Shown: in pieces, positions 47,417-56,832 of the stretch
Layout of the letters: the number at the start of each line of letters is the position of its first letter
Position numbering within the stretch: position 1 is the first letter of the stretch
Assembly: GCA_964604195.1 (NCBI GenBank)
Contig: CAZRXW010000002.1
Coordinates: forward strand, 1-59,131
From: an uncultured Bdellovibrionales bacterium
GTDB lineage: Bacteria > Patescibacteriota > Minisyncoccia > Moranbacterales > UBA1568
Length of the DNA: 59,131 nt
Direction of reading: 5' to 3'
Translations under genes and position numbers: made by a program
The notes under the pieces: generated by a model
What the model was told of the DNA's origin: nothing
The model's input: the letters and a program-made list of their open reading frames with translations, nothing else
Database searches by the model: none

Positions 47417-48412
47417 TTAAATCTGTAAAGAGAAATCTTGATTGGGTACAATAGTTGAAATATCCGGGTTTCCCGCGCAGGTCTCGCTACAATAATTACT
47501 CAACTTGGCCATACAACCCACACACTGAATAAACAATCGATTGCATTCGACATTGCTACAGTTGGTATAGTCATCACACGCGCTGCCGCAAGTGAAACAT
47601 GCACCCAAAACATCCTCGGTGATCCGTTCACTCATGCGATGATCAAAGACAAAGTTTTTTCCTTTGAATTTTGATGGAAGCTTTTCTCGTTCGATCTGGT
47701 GTTTGTAATCAATAATGCCACCATGAAGTTGATAGACGTCGTGGAAGCCATAATGTTTGAGATAGGCACTCGCTTTTTCACAGCGAATCCCGCCAGTGCA
47801 GTAGAGCATAACCTTTTTCTCCTCCTTACCCACTAGCGCTTCCCTTACAAGTGGGAGTTCTTCCTTAAAAGTCTTGGCATCTGGTGCGATAGCCTTCTCA
47901 AAACGGCCGATGGTAGATTCATAGTTATTCCGCATATCCACGACTACTGTTTCGGGATCATCCAAAAGTTCATTCCATTCGCGAGCACTGAGGTGTGTCC
48001 CCACATTCGTCACATCATATTCATGTGGAGCCAGTCCGTCAGCAACAATTTGTTTTCGCACCTTGATCGTGAGTTTCCAAAAAGCATCGTTTTTCTGCTC
48101 TACCCCCACCTTAAACGGCACCCCAGCAAAAGCTCGTCGGGCATAGAGTAGCTCTTTGAAACGCTCAAAATTTGGCTCGGGCACGCTGATCTGAGCATTG
48201 ATTCCCTCAGTCGCGAGATATACCCGGCCCAAAACCCCAAGCCCCTGCCACTCCGCGTAGAGCTCATTGCGCAGCATCTCTGGCTGGTCAAGGATCACGT
48301 ATCGATAAAATGAAATCACTCGCCGAGCGAATGTTTCTTCCGCCAGTCGTTTAAAGGCCTCTTCTTTGGATAAATGGTTCCGGAGATGGTGAGGGGTTCG
48401 GTTCATATGCAA
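47417..48412 (-). CDS. trhO: Rhodanese-domain tRNA uridine(34) hydroxylase (UPF0176/YceA family)
   Basis: ISFYRY...GRVYLATEGINAQISVP and the rhodanese active-site loop CTGGIRCEKA. Confidence 0.85.
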   Translation of the reverse strand: MHMNRTPHHLRNHLSKEEAFKRLAEETFARRVISFYRYVILDQPEMLRNELYAEWQGLGVLGRVYLATEGINAQISVPEPNFERFKELLYARRAFAGVPFKVGVEQKNDAFWKLTIKVRKQIVADGLAPHEYDVTNVGTHLSAREWNELLDDPETVVVDMRNNYESTIGRFEKAIAPDAKTFKEELPLVREALVGKEEKKVMLYCTGGIRCEKASAYLKHYGFHDVYQLHGGIIDYKHQIEREKLPSKFKGKNFVFDHRMSERITEDVLGACFTCGSACDDYTNCSNVECNRLFIQCVGCMAKLSNYCSETCAGNPDISTIVPNQDFSLQI

Positions 48413-48521
48413 TCCTCATCCTAGTCGAAAAAGATCAAAAAGTGAAGAGCAAACTCCTTATAAAATTTTTTCCGGACACCCTCATGAGAGAGTGTCCGGG
48501 TATGAATGAACCTCAAGAAAG

Positions 48522-49175
48522 CTATCTTGGCACAAGCAACCTGACAGCCTCTTGATAGGCCTCATCGATCACCCTCGAAATTTGTTGAACTTGAGCATCG
48601 AAGTTGGATGTCATCATCGAGTGAATTGTCCGAACAACAAGCACTCCGTTGCCGCGTTCCACAGTAACTCTGAGGCCGCACCGAACTTCGATGGCGGTAG
48701 CACTCATTTCCTGACCACCGAGCCCTGATACTTCGAGATTACAGCTCACCGGTAGCGAGGAGGCAGTCATGAGGTTTCCCCAACGGTACTCCTTGAGAAG
48801 ATTGTCAATAACCTTCTGAAACAAAGCATCAGCAAGACCAATACGATCTCGTTCGCTCATACCGATGGCAACTCGGATGGGATCACCCACCTTCCTGACC
48901 ATAACCCCAGTCCTCACACCGAGGGACTTGATCTCGGTGATTGGGTTGAGGCCAATGATCACTGGTCGTCCTTCCCTGAAGGCCTCATCCATCTTTCTCT
49001 TCTTGTCAGGATCACTGGAATCGATGACTGTCGGTTTTCCGCCGCTCTCCATCTGTTTGAGCATCGCGTTGAGATCAATCTCACCCGACACCTGAGTGGT
49101 TTCCGCTGACTTGGTAGCACAGGCCGCACTCAGGAGTGCGATGACACAAAGAACAAGGATTCGGGTTACACTCAT
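48522..49175 (-). CDS. Hypothetical lipoprotein (217 aa)
   Basis: Signal peptide with the lipobox LLSAAC. Confidence 0.6.
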   Translation of the reverse strand: MSVTRILVLCVIALLSAACATKSAETTQVSGEIDLNAMLKQMESGGKPTVIDSSDPDKKRKMDEAFREGRPVIIGLNPITEIKSLGVRTGVMVRKVGDPIRVAIGMSERDRIGLADALFQKVIDNLLKEYRWGNLMTASSLPVSCNLEVSGLGGQEMSATAIEVRCGLRVTVERGNGVLVVRTIHSMMTSNFDAQVQQISRVIDEAYQEAVRLLVPR

Positions 49176-49314
49176 CTCTAGCTCCTAGCTTTGTGGTCGT
49201 AGGTGACCACAGTTGAAAAGACTTGTTGATCACTCGACTCGACATATTGGCATTTTTGCGCTATTCTGTCAACTACTCTTTGCGGCTTTTTTGGGCCATT
49301 ATAGAGTCAGATAT

Positions 49315-49764
49315 ATGAGTAAAGTCATTGCTCACAACCGAAGAGCTAGCTACGACTACAGTCTCCAAGACCACTTTGAGGCTGGTATTGTCCTGACTGG
49401 TCCCGAAGTACGAAGCGTCAAAACCGGCCACGCTAGCCTCAGAGGTGCTTTTGTGACTATCCACAATGGTGAACTCTGGCTCACCAATGCCCTCATCCCC
49501 CGCTACCGCCATGCCGGGGAGAAAGTTCCCCATGAAGATACCCGGTCTAGAAAGCTTCTCCTCAAGAAACGAGACATCTCTTCGCTTATAGGGAAAATCC
49601 GTACCGAAGGCTTGACTTTGGTCCCCATTCGCTTGTATAGTAAGAGGCGACTTGTGAAACTCGAGTTCGCCGTAGCTAGAGGAAAAAAAGAATACGATCG
49701 TCGAGCAGATATCGGAAAACGCGAAGTCAAGCGCCGTATCGAACGAGTCATGAAACAGTATTAG
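49315..49764 (+). CDS. smpB: SsrA-binding protein
   Basis: IAHNRRASYDY...EAGIVLTGPEVRS...K and a basic C-terminal tail. The start is taken at ATG 49315 rather than the ORF-track 49213. Confidence 0.93.
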   Translation: MSKVIAHNRRASYDYSLQDHFEAGIVLTGPEVRSVKTGHASLRGAFVTIHNGELWLTNALIPRYRHAGEKVPHEDTRSRKLLLKKRDISSLIGKIRTEGLTLVPIRLYSKRRLVKLEFAVARGKKEYDRRADIGKREVKRRIERVMKQY

Positions 49765-49808
49765 ACCGTCCCCGTCTTCCAGTCTCAAGTAAGAGAGAGT
49801 GGCACACG

Positions 49809-50211
49809 GGGGTTGTTTATAGACTCGACAGGCTGTACTTTCAAAATAGGCAAGCCGATCTTGATGGCATGATCGTAAAAATCGCTATCACGATGATAAA
49901 CGCAAACTTCATCACCAAAGCCAAGAACGCAATCGCTTCTGCTTTTGCTCCTTCTTTCGCTTTTGCTCGCGCCTAATCGCGCGCAGCCATCAGCTCCCTG
50001 ACTTCCGATAGGGAATCGCTGGTGCCATAACCATCGGGACGACACGAGGAGCTTCTCTCTCCTTTCATCCTCAAAGTCGTATGCGAAAGGAAGCTTCTTG
50101 AAAGATTTTGTCTTCTTTCTACTCTCTTGAAGTAAATAAAGAATGACTATGCTTGTAGAGTATTTTGGAAAAACTTCACTGGACATGGGTGCAATTCCCA
50201 TCAACTCCACC
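49809..50211 (+). ncRNA. ssrA: tmRNA (one-piece)
   Basis: The 5' GGGGUUG pairs with the 3' CAACUCC, including a G3-U70 wobble. The T-arm is GGGUGCAAUUCCCAUC followed by ACC. GACUCGACAGG is like the E. coli GAUUCGACGGG. The tag reading frame is 49902-49976 and encodes ANFITKAKNAIASAFAPSFAFARA*. The gene is adjacent to smpB. Confidence 0.9.
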
Positions 50212-50234
50212 TCTATTTTTTAAACATCACTACC

Positions 50235-50783
50235 GTGAGACGAAGACGCCACAATCGACCGAAACCGAAAGTTGTTGTAAAGCAACGCTACCGAGTCAAT
50301 GAGCAAATCTTGGCTGCGGAGATTGTCGTTATTACTGAAGCTGGTGAAAACCTCGGGACCATGACTCCCGAAGCAGGCATGGCGCTCGCTCGTGAACGTG
50401 AACTCGATCTCGTCGAGGTTTCTCCTCAAGCAGTGCCACCCGTCTGTCGCCTCACCGATTACGGCAAGCTCCAGTATCACGCTGCCAAGCAAGCTCAAGC
50501 CGCCAAAGCCAAGCAGAAGAAAGTAGAAACCAAAGGTGTCAGACTCGGGTACCGCACTGAAAAACATGACCTTTTCTTCAAAAAGACTCAGGCAGAAAAA
50601 TTCATGATGAAAGGTCACAAAGTAAAAATTGACATGATGCTTCGCGGTCGTGAAAAAGCTATGGCCGACAAAGCCAAGGAACAACTGCTCGCTTTTGCTG
50701 AATCCATCGCTGTTCCTCACAAAATTGAGGAAAACGTAACCAAAGGACCACGAGGTTTCTCTATGACGGTCGCTCCCGAATAG
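50235..50783 (+). CDS. infC: Translation initiation factor IF-3
   Basis: RVNEQI...VVITEAGENLG, LDLVEVSP...PVCRL.DYGK, and a C-terminal domain. The start is a non-ATG codon, as is usual for infC. Confidence 0.92.
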   Translation: MRRRRHNRPKPKVVVKQRYRVNEQILAAEIVVITEAGENLGTMTPEAGMALARERELDLVEVSPQAVPPVCRLTDYGKLQYHAAKQAQAAKAKQKKVETKGVRLGYRTEKHDLFFKKTQAEKFMMKGHKVKIDMMLRGREKAMADKAKEQLLAFAESIAVPHKIEENVTKGPRGFSMTVAPE

Positions 50784-50858
50784 CCTATTCTGATTCCTCT
50801 TGCCAAGATGAGGAAAGTACGCTAGAGTGATGTATCTTCAATTTGACTCCTAAACAGT

Positions 50859-51059
50859 ATGCCCAAGCAGAAAACGAAGAAGGCAGTAGCCAAAAAATTC
50901 AAAGTTACCGGCAGCGGCAAGCTCAAGCGACGCGCTACTGGCCAAAATCACTACAATTCCCGTGATACTGGCCGATCTACCCGAGCCAAGCGTCTCGACA
51001 GTGGTATCGCCGTTCCAGCCGAGGAGATGAATCTCAGGAAGGCCCTCCCCTACGCATAA
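50859..51059 (+). CDS. rpmI: 50S ribosomal protein L35
   Basis: MPKQKTKKAVAKKFKVTGSGKLKRR. Confidence 0.93.
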   Translation: MPKQKTKKAVAKKFKVTGSGKLKRRATGQNHYNSRDTGRSTRAKRLDSGIAVPAEEMNLRKALPYA

Positions 51060-51090
51060 CCGTAACTAGTATCAGCAATCTTTCATCTGT

Positions 51091-51435
51091 ATGACTCGAG
51101 TCAAGCGCGGCGTAATGACCAAAAAACGCCACAAGAATATTTTAAAGAAGGCCAAAGGCTTCCGTTGGGGCCGCAAAAAGCTTTTCACCAAGGCCAAAGA
51201 AGCCGTGATTAAGGCTGGCAAGTACGCCCGTCGCGACCGACGTGCCAAAAAGCGCAGTTTCCGCGCGCTCTGGATCGTCCGTCTCAATAATGCCCTCCGC
51301 ACCAACGGGACTACCTACGCCAAGTTTATCGCCCTCATGAAAGAGAAAAATATCACTCTTGACCGAAAGGTTCTCTCTCAGATGGCTATGGAGCATCCTA
51401 CCGTCTTCGCCAAATTCGTTGAATCAGTGAAGTAA
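51091..51435 (+). CDS. rplT: 50S ribosomal protein L20
   Basis: MTRVKRGVMTKKRHKNILKKAKGFRWGR. Confidence 0.95.
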   Translation: MTRVKRGVMTKKRHKNILKKAKGFRWGRKKLFTKAKEAVIKAGKYARRDRRAKKRSFRALWIVRLNNALRTNGTTYAKFIALMKEKNITLDRKVLSQMAMEHPTVFAKFVESVK

Positions 51436-51466
51436 AATTCTCTCTTGTACTTGTACTCAGAAATAA

Positions 51467-51494
51467 AGACCACCCTTCCTGGGTGGTTTTTATT
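51467..51494 (+). terminator. Intrinsic terminator of the infC-rpmI-rplT unit
   Basis: gaccaccc-ttcct-gggtggt followed by ttttatt. Confidence 0.75.
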
Positions 51495-51520
51495 ATGCTC
51501 CATTGAAAAAATCAGGAATA

Positions 51521-52201
51521 TTACTGAGACTTCTTTATAACCCAGATTTCAAATACTCTTTCAATCAGTTCCGCCAGCCGACTTCTCTGTTCAGAAGTAA
51601 GCGAGGTTTTAGAATGATCTAGACGAAAGTTATAGTAGACTTCACCAAGCATCCAGGCTCCTATCAACTCGGCCATATCCTCATATGTTTGCATATCCAG
51701 CAGACTACCTTGGCGTTTCATAGCTTCTGTTTGTTCTCTGTAAATCAACTCATCAGATAATCCGCTCATTCGGCCAGTCTGAGCAAGAAAGGCATAAAGC
51801 TCCAGATATGAATGCGAATACTCTCGAATCTCATTTAATTTGTTGTCCAAAAAATGTGCTAAATCCCTATCAAAAAAATCCTGGATAAAGTGAGCGTACT
51901 CATGTGATACTTTGACATGCACTTGATCAGCCGCTTCAACTACTCCCCACCCCCAACGATTGACTGTTTCTATCGGCACTACTTCAAGGCCAATACTCAG
52001 GACAGCTCTATCACCTCTCCGGGCTGAGCTGACCCAAGAACTTTCATTTTCGACTACTCCAATACCACCTAAAACTTCTTGAGCAAGATTAAGAGGTAAT
52101 TTCTTATCACCATAATCTCTAAACATTTGTTCGAGAGCTACCTCGTCGAAGAGAGTAGGCTGTTTTAGAGATTCAGGAGTTGGCCAATTTGGTTCTGACA
52201 T
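51521..52201 (-). CDS. Hypothetical protein with an HExxH motif (possible zinc metallopeptidase)
   Basis: VSHEYAHFIQD is the only recognisable element. Confidence 0.5.
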   Translation of the reverse strand: MSEPNWPTPESLKQPTLFDEVALEQMFRDYGDKKLPLNLAQEVLGGIGVVENESSWVSSARRGDRAVLSIGLEVVPIETVNRWGWGVVEAADQVHVKVSHEYAHFIQDFFDRDLAHFLDNKLNEIREYSHSYLELYAFLAQTGRMSGLSDELIYREQTEAMKRQGSLLDMQTYEDMAELIGAWMLGEVYYNFRLDHSKTSLTSEQRSRLAELIERVFEIWVIKKSQ

Positions 52202-52256
52202 AAGAAAATTTAATTGAATCCAGTATACCAGTTTCTCAATCTGACATCAGTAATAT

Positions 52257-52287
52257 AAAAACAAGGCTCATGAGGCCTTGTTTTTAT
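52257..52287 (-). terminator. Intrinsic terminator (bidirectional shape) after the DsbA-like gene
   Basis: aaaa-acaaggc-tcatgag-gccttgt-tttt. Confidence 0.7.
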
Positions 52288-52311
52288 AATTCATCTCCTC
52301 AAGAGGATAAG

Positions 52312-53235
52312 TTACTGAGCCAGGTATTTCTCGATCGTTGCTTTGAGTGAAGCAAGCGGCATAGCGCCAACAGCGAGTTCGCCCACGACATTGCCCTTGG
52401 CATCGAGTTTTCCAATCACAAACGATGGAGTGCCTGAGACACCGGCAGCCGAACCATCACTCATATCCTTAGCAATCTCATCCTTGAACTTCTCACTCGT
52501 GGCACACTGAGTCACACTAGCGACATTCACTCCGAGCGACTTCAAAATTTCGTCCTGCTTTCCTTCTGGGAGACCCTTAGCATTGGTCTGGGTAGCCCCA
52601 AAATAAGCGTCGTTGAAGGCAAAGAAAGCTTGGTCACCTTTGGCTTCACGAACGCACTGAGCCAGATTGGCAGCCTTACTAGCCATAGGCTCATGGAATG
52701 GAAGTGGGTAGTCGCGGAAAGAATATACTGCTTTACCGCTATCCACAAACTCCTTTACCAGCTCTTTATAGGTTTCCTTGTGAAACTTCTGACAAAATGG
52801 ACATTCATAGTCACTAAACTCAACAATCGCCACTTTCGCTTTTCCCTTATTACCCAAAACAGCATCATCATCAAGCGACACAGTAGCCTTCTTGTCCCCA
52901 GCTGGCTGCTGCGCTGTCGGAACATTTTGAGCCCCCTGATTACCCGTTGGCACTAGAGCAGCACTTCCTCCGGTCCGCGAAGACGAGGTAAGGATACTAG
53001 CTGCCACAATCAAACTTCCTAAGAGAATAGCTCCAGAGAGAGTCCAGACTGCATTCTCCTTTCGGCAGGAAGTTCTGCAACCCTTCCCTGACTCACAAGA
53101 ACCCTCACTCGAGCAACCACAGCCAGCCTTAGAGCTCGTCTCGGCCTGAACCATGCTTGGCGATTCCGACTTCACGTCTTCCATAGTGCAAATAGAAATA
53201 CAAGTTACTCTTTTAGTATACCAAAAACGAGACAT
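52312..53235 (-). CDS. DsbA-family thiol:disulfide oxidoreductase, membrane-anchored, with a Cys-rich N-terminal tail
   Basis: Thioredoxin-fold active site CPFC (EFSDYECPFCQKFH). One TM helix is preceded by GCGCSSEGSCESGKGCRTSC. The likely start is at 53184. Confidence 0.8.
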   Translation of the reverse strand: MSRFWYTKRVTCISICTMEDVKSESPSMVQAETSSKAGCGCSSEGSCESGKGCRTSCRKENAVWTLSGAILLGSLIVAASILTSSSRTGGSAALVPTGNQGAQNVPTAQQPAGDKKATVSLDDDAVLGNKGKAKVAIVEFSDYECPFCQKFHKETYKELVKEFVDSGKAVYSFRDYPLPFHEPMASKAANLAQCVREAKGDQAFFAFNDAYFGATQTNAKGLPEGKQDEILKSLGVNVASVTQCATSEKFKDEIAKDMSDGSAAGVSGTPSFVIGKLDAKGNVVGELAVGAMPLASLKATIEKYLAQ

Positions 53236-53252
53236 TCGTGGATATACCTATA

Positions 53253-54512
53253 CTAGAGGGCTCGCAGCCAGTTTGGAGCAAAGATAAGGATACTCCCCAA
53301 GATAAGCATCAATATTCCCCCCACCAGATTGGACCACTTGGCATATTGGGTAGTCATATGGAGCTTCTCTGCACCCCAAAGAGCCAGTCCAAAAACAAGA
53401 AAGTCATCAACCATGTACCCGAGAATATAGATAAACATCAAGCTCTGAGTACCCAGAAAAGAGAGGTTGTTCATTTCGAGGATCTTGGTAAAAGCCTGCG
53501 GAATACCAATAGAACAAGCAAACTCGATAATATTTACCGAAAAAGCTAAGAGAATAACTCCTCCAGCCGTTAGCCACGTAAATGGTTCAGTAGCCAGTTT
53601 CCGAATTCTTCCAGAAATCTTTGCACGTTCTTCGAGATTGACTACTTTGCAAGTGCCATCCGAGGTATACCACTCATAGAGGAAGAAAGCCCCTCCTCCC
53701 AAAGAAAGGAGACCAACAAAAGGCGTTACCCATCGATCCAAGCCAACAAAATCCCATGTAGTAAACCAAACATTGAGGATGAGATAGTACATTACTGTCT
53801 CAGCCAAAATAAACAGTCCGGCCACGGCCAGAAGCCTCTCGCGGGAACGCATTTGTATCAATACCAAAAGGAACGTCACCAAAACCCACATAGCACACGG
53901 ATTGAACCCATCAATAAGACCGAGTACGGCCGCTAGCGTTGGCAGTGAATAGCGCGTTACATCAACCACTCCCATGAAAGGAATCTTAATCAGAAAGGGT
54001 TCTTCTTCCAAAATACAGCCCTCCCCCGTATCACAAGTGCCAGCTTCTACCCGCTCTACCACCCCTTCATCCTGAGACAAATACGTAGCGAGACCCACTC
54101 GAGACTTACCTATCTGATTCTCAATAATCCGTTCAAGCATAACCCCAGTGGTATCTGGCTGGTCAAAACCCTGAATAACATGATTACCGATCAGAATGAT
54201 CGGGGTAGCCTGGGAGAGCCCCTCCTTTTCAGCAATCTGACGAAAGAATTTCATCCCCTCCTCAGTCCGAACATTGTAGGAAACAACTTCAATGTGGGGA
54301 TTTTCTGGAACTAATTCAAACGATTTCAGAAACTGTCTCAAATCCTGACAATGCTGACAGTCATCTCGTTCAAATACCTCGACTAGCACTGCTCCAATAT
54401 CATTTTGATGTACTCCTCCGTGAGCTAAAATCTCTCCAGGAATAATGAAGGATAGAAACATCACTGGCCAGAGCCAGAGCCTCAGGCTCCATGCATGAGA
54501 AGAAAAAATCAT
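53253..54512 (-). CDS. Glutaredoxin/thioredoxin-like domain fused to a DsbD/CcdA-like polytopic membrane domain
   Basis: Signal/TM segment, CQHC (CxxC) with TPIILIGNHVIQGF, then about 6 TM helices containing FNPC and EFACS cysteines. Confidence 0.5.
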   Translation of the reverse strand: MIFSSHAWSLRLWLWPVMFLSFIIPGEILAHGGVHQNDIGAVLVEVFERDDCQHCQDLRQFLKSFELVPENPHIEVVSYNVRTEEGMKFFRQIAEKEGLSQATPIILIGNHVIQGFDQPDTTGVMLERIIENQIGKSRVGLATYLSQDEGVVERVEAGTCDTGEGCILEEEPFLIKIPFMGVVDVTRYSLPTLAAVLGLIDGFNPCAMWVLVTFLLVLIQMRSRERLLAVAGLFILAETVMYYLILNVWFTTWDFVGLDRWVTPFVGLLSLGGGAFFLYEWYTSDGTCKVVNLEERAKISGRIRKLATEPFTWLTAGGVILLAFSVNIIEFACSIGIPQAFTKILEMNNLSFLGTQSLMFIYILGYMVDDFLVFGLALWGAEKLHMTTQYAKWSNLVGGILMLILGSILIFAPNWLRAL

Positions 54513-54515
54513 ACT

Positions 54516-55304
54516 TTAATTTATCGTCATACTAGCATAATCAGTAAGAGACTTTTTGGACAATTGGTACTCACTTGCTATCCAGCTATTCACCCGCACC
54601 AACGGGGTGAGAAAGTTACGCCAGGCCAAGATCTTGACTATGATGTACGCCGTAACTAAGATAATCATTTCCACCAGTGCCTGTGTTGAAAGTCCATTGA
54701 TAAGAAATCGGTGAATAACAGCAAAAAGAGCCATAACGTAAACGCTACGGTGAAGCCATTTCCAATTGCGCCCACCCAAAAGACGATTGGCAATATTATT
54801 GGAGGTAAAGAGCAGTGGCAGAGTGAGAGAAAAGGCCAGAAACCCAAAAAGAAGTGGGCGCTCCCACCATGCGAGCAGTGGTGAGCTCAGCTGTTCCAGA
54901 AAATATGGGGAAAGAAGTGGATCAGTGAGGTAGCCTATACCATGAACAGCAGCCAAATAACCAAACATGATCCCAAGCTCCCGCCGGAGACCCATGAGTT
55001 GTTGCAAAATACGCATACGAAAAATCTTGGAGAGAGGCGAGAGGAAAAGGATGGCAATCAAAAGATTCCCTGAAAGCTCGCCAAACTGATGACGGAGATC
55101 AGGAAAAAAGAACCCAAAGAGACTCAGATGAGCCAGAACTAGCAAACCTCGCTTCACCTGAAAATAGTAACGTCCCAACCAATCACACAGTGCATCATGA
55201 AGATGGAAAGATATTTGAAGGAAAGAACGAAGGGAAATCATAAAAATAGTAATCAATGTTTGAGCTGAGTAAAGAAGAGTAGCAGGATAGTAAGCAAAAT
55301 ACAC
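54516..55304 (-). CDS. Ferric-reductase-like transmembrane protein (MsrQ/YedZ-like haem-b membrane subunit)
   Basis: Six TM helices with paired histidines in LAAVHGIGY and WLHRSVY...AVIHRF. The start is uncertain. Confidence 0.5.
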   Translation of the reverse strand: MYFAYYPATLLYSAQTLITIFMISLRSFLQISFHLHDALCDWLGRYYFQVKRGLLVLAHLSLFGFFFPDLRHQFGELSGNLLIAILFLSPLSKIFRMRILQQLMGLRRELGIMFGYLAAVHGIGYLTDPLLSPYFLEQLSSPLLAWWERPLLFGFLAFSLTLPLLFTSNNIANRLLGGRNWKWLHRSVYVMALFAVIHRFLINGLSTQALVEMIILVTAYIIVKILAWRNFLTPLVRVNSWIASEYQLSKKSLTDYASMTIN

Positions 55305-55437
55305 TGGAGTACTCCCATCAGAATAATAGTACGCGTCTTGAGTGAAATACCAGCCATAATAGTTCTATCATACCGAGAAGGGCGGTACAGGACAACAGCG
55401 AAGAGCTCCTCTATATGATAGAATAGAGAAAAATCTC

Positions 55438-56829
55438 ATGTCCGATACCCCTGAAAAAATACCGGTTTCTTTAGTTCGACCGGCAGCCATTCCTTCGCCC
55501 GCTGCTCCTGCTCCCAATGTCGATCCCCTTATCGTGATCGATAAATTGCGTATTATCTACAACCAGGGGAAATCCAACGAGACAAGAGCTCTTGAGGAAA
55601 CTAATCTTACCATCTACCCACACGAATACGTTATTATCTTTGGGCCATCTGGTTGTGGTAAATCAACCCTGCTCTACTCCATTTCTGGCCTTCAGCGAGC
55701 AACCTACGGTGAGGTTCGCATTAAAGGCAAGGCTATCTCTAAAATGAGCGAACAGGAAGATCTTGAAATGCACCAAAAAGAAATCGGGATGATTTTCCAG
55801 GCCTTCTACCTTATTTCCTCCCTAACCATTCTTGATAATGTTTGTCTTCCGCGTGTATTCCGCGGAGAAATACCGGCTACCCGTAAAAAAGATGGTCTCG
55901 CTCTTTTGAGACGTTTTGGTATTGCCGAACAAGCCGACAAAATGCCCAACCAGCTTTCTGGCGGACAAAAGCAGCGCGTAGCCATCGCTCGCTCCATCGT
56001 AAATAGCCCAGATATTATCCTTGCTGATGAACCAGTTGGTAACCTCGACTCGGAATCCGCTCAAAACGTACTGGATATCCTCAAGGAACTCAATGACATC
56101 GACAAAAAAACCATCATCATGGTGACTCACAATCCGGAGCACCTTGTTTATGCTGACCGAGTAATCTACATGAAAGATGGTCGCGTAATCAAAGAAGAGG
56201 TCTTTAAAGAGAAACGGCCAATAGTCAAAGAAAAGAAACCTGAGGAAATTGAGGAAGAAAAGAAAGCTGAAGATAGCGAGCTCAAGCTCCTGATGAATTC
56301 CTTCAAGAATCTCTTGCCTCAGCAGATCGACATGCTCCTCATTCCCTTCAAAGCCAAACAGCTTCTCGCTCATTTGCTTTCACAACTCTCAGAAGAACAG
56401 GTTTCTATGGCCGAGGCTTTTCTCAAAGAGCTGCTCTTTAAAAACATCGACCTCTCAACCTTTGAGAGCAGGCTCGATCTCGATATTGATCAGGGTGGAG
56501 CTGGTTGGAATCGAATGCGTTCCAAAGCCTTCAGCGAGCGCGTCCAAGAAATCCTCGATGTCACTCAAAAAATTCATCGCGCTCCAAGCGAGGCCGTCCT
56601 TACTTTATCCCAGTACATAGAGCATTACTTCAAGCTCAAGCTCTCTCCTGAACAAAAACTCCGTCTTCAAGCCGCTCTTAAACAGCGCCTCGGAAGCGCT
56701 ATTGGCCAACTTGAACTCGCTCGTAAGCTGGATAAGTCCCTCCCTCAAGGAGGGGTAGGTCTCCGCAAAGACACTGTAGAGAAAATCACCCGGGAAGTAG
56801 AAATCATTATGCTTCTCAAATACAGTTAG
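55438..56829 (+). CDS. ABC transporter ATP-binding protein with a ~230-aa C-terminal extension
   Basis: Walker [24 protein letters not shown]. The residues after about 235 have no recognisable domain. Confidence 0.88.
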   Translation: MSDTPEKIPVSLVRPAAIPSPAAPAPNVDPLIVIDKLRIIYNQGKSNETRALEETNLTIYPHEYVIIFGPSGCGKSTLLYSISGLQRATYGEVRIKGKAISKMSEQEDLEMHQKEIGMIFQAFYLISSLTILDNVCLPRVFRGEIPATRKKDGLALLRRFGIAEQADKMPNQLSGGQKQRVAIARSIVNSPDIILADEPVGNLDSESAQNVLDILKELNDIDKKTIIMVTHNPEHLVYADRVIYMKDGRVIKEEVFKEKRPIVKEKKPEEIEEEKKAEDSELKLLMNSFKNLLPQQIDMLLIPFKAKQLLAHLLSQLSEEQVSMAEAFLKELLFKNIDLSTFESRLDLDIDQGGAGWNRMRSKAFSERVQEILDVTQKIHRAPSEAVLTLSQYIEHYFKLKLSPEQKLRLQAALKQRLGSAIGQLELARKLDKSLPQGGVGLRKDTVEKITREVEIIMLLKYS

Positions 56830-56832
56830 ACT

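Noticed and set aside
48472-48499. 8-bp inverted repeat ccggacac/gtgtccgg after the lipoprotein gene
   Set aside because: No U-tract follows on either strand in the right position, so I did not call it a terminator.
49785-50210. 141-aa minus-strand ORF
   Set aside because: It lies entirely antisense to a canonical tmRNA (acceptor stem, T-arm and tag frame all present), so I treat it as a spurious ORF.
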